Shown: piece by piece, positions 20,474 through 31,014 of the stretch | How positions within the stretch are numbered: the stretch's first letter is position 1 | Layout of the letters: each line of letters opens with the position of its first letter | Assembly: GCA_004764695.1 (NCBI GenBank) | Contig: SMSO01000034.1 | Coordinates: forward strand, 4,278,001 to 4,342,000 | Length of the DNA stretch: 64,000 bases | Source of the DNA: Schizochytrium sp. TIO01 | Taxonomy: Eukaryota > Protista > Bigyra: Labyrinthulomycetes | Direction of reading: 5' to 3' | Position numbers and translations under genes: made by a program | The notes under the pieces: generated by a model | Database searches by the model: none | Told to the model about the DNA's origin: nothing | What the model saw: only the letters and a program-made list of their open reading frames with translations

Positions 20474-22156
20474 CTATCGAGATTGCAGAATCTCAAGTAT
20501 TAGGTCACGGTTGAGAACAGCAAACTCTGGCATTTTGGAAATAACCTCAAAGTGACGGACAATGTATTCCGTGCAGAGACTTTTTAGGTCGTGGGCTTGG
20601 TGTTGGTCAGCAATGCTAAGCAGAACGGGGGCATTGCTCTGGCAAAGCTTTTGATGAACAATAGTCTCACAATTTGATTTGAGACGGTCCAAGGCATATA
20701 GATCAGCTAGAACATAAAGCTCAATAGCAATTTCAGCAGAAACGTCTACACAGTCGGTGTACAAAAAGTGCAAGAGCGCAAGAAAGACGTCATGCCGGGT
20801 ATCACCAATGTGGATTTCCTTCTCGTGGGACTCTTTCATGCCCGAACTAAACATGGCGCGAAAGTGTGCACAACGGGCTGCCACAATGACACGATGTGCA
20901 TAGATTCGCCGGTTCTCTACAAGGAAGCAAACGTCTGAAAAATCACGCGAGTTGACGACCGACTTATAATCTTGCACCAGCGTGGAATTGGGAAGGTCTC
21001 TATTTTGTTCCAAAGGCACAGCCAATGCAGCTGTGTGCTCATTGTACGAGGCAACACGAACAATGCGTTTGTTTGATAAACCTTCAACTTTCTGGGGAAC
21101 AATCACCTTCTCTGTGTCACCATGACCTAGCTTGCCATGATCGCCATTTCCAAAGGTCCAAACACAGCCTTCATTATCAAGAACTACAGTGTGAGACCAG
21201 CCGCATGTAACCTGTAGGATATTGGACTTGGTTAAGGCCTTCACACGTGTTGGACGCTGGTAGTTCTCTTTGTTGCCATGGCCTAATTGACCATGCTCAC
21301 CGCCCCCCCATGTAAATAACTCGCCCTTATCTGTGATAGCAGCAGTATGAAAACCACCGCATGCAATTTGTACAATGCGGCGATCTTTAATTTTCTCGCA
21401 TTCGATTAATTTGGGCGTGTGCTGGTTAACCTCGCTTCCATGTCCAAGACGACCGAACTTGCCTTCACCCCAGGTGTAAACCTCACCATTCTCAGTGACT
21501 GCACCGGTGTGGAAGCCGCATGCCGCAACTTGACAGACCTGGCGGTTCTGAAGAGCTGTTAGCAAAGCTGGGTAGTATTGGTGGCCATCAACTGAGTCTC
21601 CTTGACCAGATACGCCATTGTCAGAGTCTCCCCAAGAGTAAACATCAGTAACTCCCTTGGATCCCAGCCCGGCATTCTGAGAAGTGCTATTGCTCACAAG
21701 TACCACCGTATGACGACTTCCACAGGCCACCTGGATGACGCATTTGTCCTTAAGAGCTTCCACCTTACGCGGGATACTGTGGCCGTTCTCGTTGCCATGG
21801 CCAAGCTTGCCGTACATGCCACCGCCCCAAGTGTAGAGTTCACCAGTATCGGTTACTGCTGCAGTGTGGTAGCTACCGCATGTAACTTGAGCCACAACTT
21901 TGCTTTTGATGGCAGTCACAAGACGCGGTTCGTGCTTCCAACCTTGATCTCCATGGCCGAGACGACCGTCATCACCACGACCCCACGTGTAGACCTCACC
22001 ATCCTTACTGAGCACCACTGTATGCCCAGACCCACAGACTACACTAGATACCTCTTTTTCACTAAGAGATTCAATGAGACGCGGCTTAAACTGGTCACAG
22101 GCATCTCCAAGGCCAAGTTGGCCATCTTCGCCTCGACCCCATGCATAAACTTGCAT
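20474..22156 (-). CDS. RCC1-repeat plus BTB/POZ domain protein (RCBTB-like)
   Basis: About seven RCC1 blades (VYxWGxGxxGxLGHG...VxCGxxHT) followed by a BTB domain (DFSDVCFLVENRRIYAHRVIVAARCAHFRAMFSSGMKES...FLALLHFLYTD) and BACK-like helices. Confidence 0.93.
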   Translation of the reverse strand: MQVYAWGRGEDGQLGLGDACDQFKPRLIESLSEKEVSSVVCGSGHTVVLSKDGEVYTWGRGDDGRLGHGDQGWKHEPRLVTAIKSKVVAQVTCGSYHTAAVTDTGELYTWGGGMYGKLGHGNENGHSIPRKVEALKDKCVIQVACGSRHTVVLVSNSTSQNAGLGSKGVTDVYSWGDSDNGVSGQGDSVDGHQYYPALLTALQNRQVCQVAACGFHTGAVTENGEVYTWGEGKFGRLGHGSEVNQHTPKLIECEKIKDRRIVQIACGGFHTAAITDKGELFTWGGGEHGQLGHGNKENYQRPTRVKALTKSNILQVTCGWSHTVVLDNEGCVWTFGNGDHGKLGHGDTEKVIVPQKVEGLSNKRIVRVASYNEHTAALAVPLEQNRDLPNSTLVQDYKSVVNSRDFSDVCFLVENRRIYAHRVIVAARCAHFRAMFSSGMKESHEKEIHIGDTRHDVFLALLHFLYTDCVDVSAEIAIELYVLADLYALDRLKSNCETIVHQKLCQSNAPVLLSIADQHQAHDLKSLCTEYIVRHFEVISKMPEFAVLNRDLILEILQSR

Positions 22157-24487
22157 TTTTGTGATATATATTCAATTATAAAGTAAAGAACTCGCTCTAC
22201 TGAGTGCTTTGAAATCAAGGCTTAAGTGGTGCCCCAAGCCCTAAGATAATCTAGTTTGAATGGATTTGAAGAGATATTTTGTCAACGAGGAGCACTAATT
22301 CCTCGTGTACTCTCTCTTTCCAGAAACTGTACTGAGCAGGCAACGAAGTTCGCGAGCCCAATTTAATGAAAGCTTGGTCCTTCGACGGTAAATGCGAGGA
22401 TACTAGCAGTATTTTCGAACCGATCTGTACTGCTCTTCTTTCGCAATTCGTGTTCTCAATCCTTTCCTTCTCGCGAGCACGAATAGAAGACTCGAAGATC
22501 AAGAAGAACTATAAAGAGAAAGAAGCAAAGAGACGGAGAGAGTGGACCGGTCCACTTGGCCGGATCCGCTCGATGAGCCGACGCAGCCGTCGCAGGGGCG
22601 GCTGAACCAAATTTGCAAGGGCCGGAAACCCGTTACCTACACCACCACCACGCCTCCAGCGCGTGTGTCACAAGACTGAGCGCCGATGCAGCGGAGTTTG
22701 AGATTGCTTGCCTTCTTCTCTCGCCGTCTTTTTCTCCTTCCTTCTGTATCATCTCTATTGTACGCAGATACCTATGGTATTGCCTATGTAGTTAGCTAGT
22801 TACCTACTATGTCTATATGTCTATATATGTATGTATATATGTATATACGTGATGATCAACGCGGATATGCGTACATAGAAGTCTCCAATAGTCCTTTGAG
22901 CTCCTCAATTTAAGAAGATGGAAGGAATGTATCGAATACCATATTTATTTATTTATACCTTTCTCAAGTTACATATTCCTCTCTACTCTCATCTATCATC
23001 ACATGGCTTTACTTATTGATTAAGAATTAAAATAAATTAAAATTGTTACTATTGTTAGCCTACTGTTATCAGTATGCTATTTTAATGTTATTTTTCAATA
23101 CCGTAACTATTTAATACTTTTCAATTCAATTATTTGTCGAACAAGTTGTACCTGGAAAATCGATTTGATAGCAAATGAATGCAGAAATTAGTGGGAAGGA
23201 TCATAATCGATCTGATTGAGCAACTCCGATGGACTTCTTCTCTTCCTTCTACGTACCTATGGCTTTCAGCTGGAGCGAACTTGGGAGAATGTGGCTGAGC
23301 TCAGAAGACGAAGAAACCCGTCGCTAAAGATCCTCTGAGGACCTCCGGGTCAAGCTCATAGTAGGCACTTATAACAACCATAAGAATTGATTGTTATTAG
23401 TTATTGCTGGACTATAGAAGATTTAGTGCGACGTACTTTCTTTCTCAAACAAGCCATGATTAGCTATTAGATCTAAATGCAAAGGAAAGGAACTCGAAAA
23501 CTAAAAACTTGGATTCCTTTCTTTCTTGCTATTAACTAGGTGGTAAGTACTGCTAGTGCTTTTTTCTTTTTCTTTTTCTTTTCTTTTTCGCAAAACAAAT
23601 ACTTGGGTACCAGGTACTGCTTCTTCGAGCACTGTTCATTCATAACGAACAGTTGCTTCAGCATCCGTAAGATGGGATTATGGACGCGAAGCATAAGCTT
23701 CCTAATTGAATCGAGTGTAAGCTCGAAGAAGTGAAAGAATTAGCTCACGACTCAAATGGAGGTGGTTCGAAACGGGACAGATCTCGATCGTAACTTTTGT
23801 GTTTGTAACTTTTAGGTTTGCTTTCGTCGTGGGAAACAAACGAAACGGAGAGCAAGAGTTGGAGGTGGGCAAAGGAGGTTCATGACGGTATTCACCGAAA
23901 GATGCATATGCGTTGCGACATTTGTCAAGGTCTTCCGCCCGGTTTCGCTCTAACAATTTAGTGCGGAGAAATTTGGTTAATATGAAGGTTTCACTTACAA
24001 AACCGATATAGTTCTCCTTATACAGCTGGTACGTATGAAGAGCATCGTTCGCATTCGATCAAGGTGAATGAGTTCGATGAATAAATAAAAGTAATTATCA
24101 ACTCCCCACTATGATGTCGGAAGATCACGATAGTGTACATATCTATATTAGTAGAAAGAAACTTGGCTTGAATAGAACGACGATGCTGTCTGGGATGCAG
24201 GGCTGACAACATTGGAGGATTATTGACAATAGTACTAAACCTTGAAGTTGTCACCGTCAACTTCGTTTCATATGTTGGTAATTGGTGTCGTGCGCCGAGA
24301 TACATGCGCTGCTTGTAATGAAACCTTTGTTTTCTGGTTGTTAGGAAGTTCTCTAGAAACCTCCCTGGCCACAGTTCTTGCTATTTTCGTATGTTATATT
24401 GGAAAAGTAATTCATTTTCACTTCGAGACATTCTGACAAAATTAAGTTATTACTTCTAGCTAGATCGATCGATTTTCAGCCAATATA

Positions 24488-26825
24488 CTAAAACCCAATG
24501 TTCAGTACTGCTGATGAGAACCTATCTAAAATACGCCTACAACGCGGCTCTGCATCAACAGCAAAATCAGGAACATCCAGATCGCGAGCCCGAATGTACG
24601 AGATCAAGTTGCAAACTAGCTTAGCCACAGTATATAATTTGGCTCGCAGATCTACTATTTCATCCACAATCTCATTATTTGACTCGATGGGCTCCCTGTA
24701 ATCCTTCCAGTCACTCTTCTTTTGCTCGTTGACGTTTGGTGGATAGGGAATATGTTGACTATCGAAGTGTTCTAGGAGCTTTCGGACGACATGAGCGAAT
24801 GTTCCACATTCGTGCCGAAGATCATCAACAATCTCTTCACCTTCGACAATGTTTCTCTGAAGACTCTCGGCAGGATTACTAGGTGATTGCACACTACTAT
24901 CGGCATTGGATTGCATTGGGTAGTCGTTGCCAGCTGAGTTCACAGAAGCGTTGTCATCACTCGCGCTTTCAATGAATTTATCTGTTGAGCCCAAAGTCGA
25001 GTTGTTCATCTGAATGTCGGTATTATGTTCTAGTGAAGCGCCAATTGAGGGCGGCAAGCAGTTTACAGAATTAGAATCTTGAACTGGTGTTGAGGACTGT
25101 CCAGTCTTAGGTTTAAGACTTTGAGAATTAAGATCTGACGATGATGACGTTTCTGGGGGTGATGCTGTTTCACCCTGCGGGCAGCGTTGTGCTTCTGCTT
25201 GTGAGTTTTCGTCTGTAGAGGATTGATGTTCTGGTTTTGTTTCCAAAGGAAGTATTTTGCTAGAATTGCTGCGCTCGAAGCCTTGTACTTCTCTTGCTAG
25301 GTTTTCATCTCTGGTCTCAAAACTTTGAGAGGTCATATCTGACGACGATAACGCTCCTGAGGGTGGCGCTTTTTCACTCTGAGCAGGTTGTGCTTGTGAA
25401 CTTTCTGCTATAGAAGGTGGGTGTCTTGATGATGGCTGCGACGATGCCTCGTTGTCAGAATCGCGCCCATTAGACCTCGGGTCTGGGCCTTCTACCTGTC
25501 TTGCTATTTTTTCACTCTTAGTCTTGATACTTTGAGAATCAAAACCTGACGACCATGAAGTCCCAGGGCGCGATGTCATTCCACTATGAGAGTGTTGTAC
25601 TTGGGAATTTCCTGCTATGGAGAGCAAAAGCTCAGCTGTTGGCTCCGACTGGACTTCTATATTAGACTCGCATGCGGTGAGATTAGGATTTACAGGAGAG
25701 GCGCAGTTGGAAGGTCCGGTTGTCAAGCTAGAAGTTGTGCAGCTCCTGGCGGCAAACCTTCGTTTTCATCCTCTTGGCTAGTTTCATTGAAGGTTTCTGG
25801 CTGGGGCACGCTTTCTCGCATAGTTTTTGCATGCCACCCAGGAGGTGTATATGGAGATTTTGCTTCAGCTTCATCTAGATTCGAATCTTCACTATCGGAT
25901 TTCTCCTTGTACGACACTGTGCTTTGATTGTTTCTTCTGCTACTTCGACGTTTATTTCCTTTTCTTCCAGCAGTGAATGCATCTGAAGATCTTCGTCGTG
26001 GTTGCCGCCGACGCTTTCGTGAAATATCATCTTCTTCGTCTGTATCGGAGTCATCGTCTCTGGTTGCTTCCTGGAACTCTCCATCGGAACTATCGCTAGT
26101 CTTATTCGAAATTTTAATTTGCGCGCAAGTAGCTGGCTCTTCCACTCGTTGAAGTCTGCTGATAGGAAATCTCTCGACGTAATTGGAATATAAACTACGT
26201 TGCTGATTGCTAATATTTTCTTTCTGCAAAGGGCTACCATGACCCGTTCGAAGGTTCTGAGAGTCTGCGCTGTTTGTTGGAGGTACCAACGTTTGGCGTT
26301 GGCAATCGAGAGAAGATGGCGCGGATGATGATTTCGCGCCTATGCACAAAGTGAAGAAGGCTTATCATCGACTTGGGGGATTTTAGGGAGTGGCATTGCC
26401 GGGCGGGTGTCTGAATTCTGCATTCTTCGACTCCTGATATGTATACGTGGCACATACTCTTGATCTGAACTAGTATCATCATCGCTAGGTATCGCGTTTG
26501 TTTCCGAGTACTTGACCGGACGCTCATCGTGGCTTCTTTTCTGGTCACTATGTCTTCTGCTATATTTTTTCTGGTTCTTGCTGGAGGCAGAGATGTGATT
26601 TATATCGTTGTAGTCCTCGTCTGGATCCTCATATTCGGACTCTTCGGTATGATTCCGTTGGAAAGCCCTTCTCCTGTCGCGACTACCCTTGCCATTTTCG
26701 TCATCATCCTGAGAGGGGTCTCTCGCTTGCATTGAATTTGAGCTAGGTGGAGATCGAAGGTTTCCCCCTCCGTTCGTAGACATGGTGGTGTTTTCGTCGC
26801 TTGTAAAATCGTCAAGACTAACCAA
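24488..26825 (-). pseudogene. Long S/D/E/Q-rich orphan gene broken into three abutting ORFs (26340-26825, 25723-26349, 24488-25726); a pseudogene, assembly indels, or an intron at the first break
   Basis: Three same-strand ORFs of similar composition overlap by only 4-10 nt in different frames. An internal repeat of about 205 bp continues across the 25725 junction. The ORF-track starts are TTG, not ATG; the first in-frame ATG (MSTNGG) is near 26784. Confidence 0.55.
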
Positions 26826-29398
26826 GTCTGAATACGGTATAGCAGCAACTTGAGCTCAGTATGCAGCAACGTGAAATTAGACAGGAAGCCCAGCGTTCGG
26901 GTTTTGCTTTTTGCAAAAAAAATATCTCGGGCTCTTCTTCACGCCAATCATAGCCAGCACATAGTTTCAGTTTTTATGTGTAATTGTTTTGGCTTGGGCT
27001 TTTACCCTTGTTGCTAATAGACTTTAACTTATTTTGTAGAAGGAAGAAATTCTTAGAATTACATGAAAGTCAATGAATTAATGAACAGAATGCGTACACA
27101 TACCTACAAATTTCATCGCTTTTACACAGCAGAGCCATCCCATTTCACTTTTATAGAAAGAGCCATCGATAGGTGCTGGCTGCTAAACCTTGGTTTGGTT
27201 CTCACGTCTTAAATCCACCAATGGTGCCTCAGTACAAATGGAACTTGGGTTGAATGCAGCACTCACTTTGCACGACACCAGGGCTCTAGCAGCTTTTAAA
27301 ACTAAATATTTCATAAAACACTAATAGGATATACAGTATATCATATTTTTAAAGTTTATTTATATTCTAAAAAATAAAAATTATAATTGAGAGCGTGCCA
27401 CCTTGGTATCAATTCCAAAAGAGATGGTCGAAGCATATGCAGTTCGAAGCACTTGTGCCAGGTCATAGCTTACCTTCTACTATCGAGACCCATATGCACG
27501 TGGCGTCCATCGGGCTAAAGCAATCGGAGAGAATCAGACGGAAATCGTTTCGCACCTTTTCTTTTTCTTTTCGAGCGTGATGTCCATGTCTCGAAGTGCA
27601 CTCCCAGAGTTCCAGAGGTCAGCGGTGACGACAATATTAGGCGTGTGAACTGTTCGAAGTTTCACGACTGGAAATCTGCAGGTCGACTGAACCACGCCTT
27701 ATAACTGGTGAGGCCCTACTAGTATGGTTGCAACCACTCGCAGCATAGCACTTTTACTTTGTGAGAGTCGACAAACTAACTTGAAACTCCTACCTGCTTG
27801 ATGACAGCCACTAAAAGTCTCTTTTTGAGAGCGTTATCCGCGGGTGTTAAGGACTGCGCGGCTCTAAAGAGGACGTGAATATTGAAAACACGTTTGAAGG
27901 GTCGATTTCTAATTCATTCATCCATTCAACAATGCTTCACCAGGTCTCTTGTACAACAATGTGTCCTGATGCAAAAGTAGTAGTTGGACTACAAACAGTA
28001 GGTAGCTGCATACTTCGTGATGGTATCCCTTATTCTGATAGTTGAGACAAGCAAGGTCGATTCAACCTTCGACTCTGCTTGATGCAGGCTTCACCCCTCA
28101 AAACTTGTATTAGGATCTTTGGGGCAAGTATTTAGTTTTTCAAGGCGTGTTACTTATCAGGGCTCAAGTAATCAGGCGAACAGGTGTATCTCCTTTGACC
28201 AAAAGAAACTGAACTTCATTTGTTGTCGAAATTTGTTTGAGACGTAAAGCCGCTCACGAAAAGCCAAAGAGGTTTTCGCCGTCCCTTTAGCTATTTCTGA
28301 CAATTAATCTTCTGCACCCTCAGGTTGATTTTCTGAAAGTTTTGAGGAGCTGCTACTCTCATCAGGCCAGCACGAGTTTCTTGTTTTTGCTTATGACATA
28401 CCTTGAGATATTGAACAAATTCCCAAAAAGTGGCTGGTGCAGACTTTGTGGTAATAGTTCTTGAACGCCCAGCAATGTTTAAAGTGAACTTCACGGATAT
28501 TGAAAGGTTAAAGAGCACATTCACCCGCCCTTCCACGTCACCTCCTTACAGTAGATAGCTTGACGCCGTCGTTAGATGTCTCCAACGTCTGAAGCTCCCC
28601 GCTGCACATTTTATTTATTTTGAGATAGATGCACAAAACGTATGAACTTGGTATAATTTGGAACTAACATCGCTCATCTCTAAACTTCCTTCACTCCAAG
28701 TCGCTCTCATCTTGCCACACCTTCGTATCTTTTATATCAACTTAAGTTATCTCTTGGGCAGAAAAGTATTCCTTTATCTGTGTTGTACCCAGGTAGATCA
28801 AAGCTCGCAGGCAACCTATTCTCTGCTGCGAAGTGGGCTTCTGCCGTGAGTTCAATCAGATCGTGAACGTTTTGATTCACTAGTACACATGTCTTATCGC
28901 AATCCTATGAGTCATTAGCTAACTTCTAATGGCGCTGGCGTTGCGCCTAAGTAGCTCTAGAAGTCCCCTAAGTAGCCGCCAGATAAGCAGAGAAGCCGAC
29001 AATCGTGCCAATTATTATTTAATAACAGTAAAACTACAAAACCAAAGGTGATCATGTTGAAGTTTACCTGCAATGGCGAGATTTACATCACAGTTTTCTG
29101 TTGACGTAGAAAATATGACGAACTGTCGCAGACCTTATTTGGCAGGAAGCTAGCAATAATTGGGCACCGCTCGAGGCAAATTCGATCAATGTGATGTGCC
29201 TAAAGTTTGGATATTAAACAGAAAATGATGACCGATTTTAATTAGATTTTCTGCGCTCTATCTTCGTTTCTTCGCCTATTTTTGCTGCGACTGTGATCGT
29301 TTTCTTGGCACCAAAAGCAATCGGTTGCTTGCGCGGGGCGCGGGCAGCAGCGTCGAGATTCGGACCCCTGGCTGCGGCAATCATCTGTGGCTGACAAA

Positions 29399-30169
29399 AT
29401 GGCGGAGCACAACGAAAGCAGCACCAACGGCGTGTACGATCGTGCGGCGAGATCGATCAAAGAGACGGCACCGGAGAAGTTGACCTTCTGTATGCGGGTC
29501 ACGAACATCATCAATGCGGGGCTTCTGATCGCGTCAGGTGTCATCACATTCACTCTGCTCAACTCATGTGATGACAACTGCAGCATCCTAATTGTGTTGG
29601 CATTCTATACGATCCTTTTCGGTTTGCTCCTGCTCATCTTCGAACTTCGCTCAGGTCCTAAAAGCGCGAAATGGATTCATGGAAACTGTGGATTCATGTA
29701 CTCCAACCGTGGCAAAGCAGCCTTCATTCTTTTTCTTGCCACTCTTTGCTTCTCCGTCACCGACAAGGACCTCTCAGGGCTCTGGTGGTTCTGCTTGCTC
29801 GTCGGCATTTACACCACGCTCAACGGCATCTTTGCATGCTTCGTAGTTGCCTTGAACCCAGCATACGACGAATACACCAAAGCAAATCTCCCTGAGAACG
29901 TCTCTCGGGTGGAAGCTTCCTCTCCAAGCTTCGACCCCACTGCCCCTGGAGCTACTATCGGCGGAGGTGCTCCCGCTTCGGGCTACCGCTACGGAGACGC
30001 GCACATTGACCAATCCGGAGACTTTGGCGGCTACAACAGCTACGACTTGCACGAACCACAACCGAGCTATGGCCAAAACCAAGCAGCATATGGTCAGACT
30101 AGCACACCTTTTGCAGACCATTCATACAACCGCCGTGAAAGCGACGATAACCCGTTTTCGCATGTGTAG
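29399..30169 (+). CDS. COPI-associated / Tvp15-like Golgi membrane protein
   Basis: About four TM segments with YTILFGLLLLIFELR and NCGFMYSNRGKAAFILFLA, the typical COPI_assoc signature (FGFL...GRGxFxxF). Disordered tail ending in DNPF. ATG at 29399. Confidence 0.75.
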   Translation: MAEHNESSTNGVYDRAARSIKETAPEKLTFCMRVTNIINAGLLIASGVITFTLLNSCDDNCSILIVLAFYTILFGLLLLIFELRSGPKSAKWIHGNCGFMYSNRGKAAFILFLATLCFSVTDKDLSGLWWFCLLVGIYTTLNGIFACFVVALNPAYDEYTKANLPENVSRVEASSPSFDPTAPGATIGGGAPASGYRYGDAHIDQSGDFGGYNSYDLHEPQPSYGQNQAAYGQTSTPFADHSYNRRESDDNPFSHV

Positions 30170-31014
30170 ATGTAATTCCCCTCCTCACACTCTATAAGTA
30201 ATGACTAAAATGAGATTGCTACTTACTCGCTAACTTGACATGGTTCTACTTTCCTAAATCATTCTGTTGTAATACTTCGCACGGATTAGCCAGCCCTTTG
30301 CTTTATTCTTGCCGCTTGCACGCCTCTCAAAGCCGGCATAAATATTCAGAGCGGCTTTGCTGTTGGTTAGAGTTGATTTGATCTGATCTGATCGTCGTCC
30401 GGGGAGTAAACATTTGAACTTTTGAGTGATGTAAACTCTTTACAACATGAATGTAAGACAATTCCTTTCGCATCGCGTGCGCACAAGCAATGAATTTGCT
30501 TTAGGCACGCAGCTTGGCCACAGGAATACATTATTACCGTCCTTGTGTTAACCTGGGAATCAGAATAATCATTGTTTCATTCGACAACATCATGTGGCTT
30601 CTAGGCCATGTACCAGAGCTTATTGAATTGAACCCCTCCCTTCAACTTTTCAAGCTGTTGCTCATGAGTTGAGCGCAGTGACATGCTCTTGAATCTTGTC
30701 CATTTCTTCAACACAACGAGCTCCCACATTAAAATGAAGACCCTAAAATGATCTAACTACGACGTATTATTAGCATTCCATAGGAGTAATTGCCATCTAT
30801 TGGCTCTTGTTATTTCATTGAGTTCTGCGTACAAAACAAACTCAAAACTCTCTTCTGTGGCAACTTTTGAGAACTACCGTCAGTCTGTGCAGAGCAAACC
30901 AGCACACGGCTGAGGTTGTTGAAACAGGTTTGGGCGTTACGCCTGTGCAAGCAAAGTGAACTGGGACGCATAGGCCGTTGATCAAGTTGCTCCTAAGGCT
31001 TTTTTTCAAGAGCG

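Noticed and set aside
21602-22186. 194-aa plus-strand ORF
   Set aside because: Antisense to the well-supported RCC1-BTB gene.
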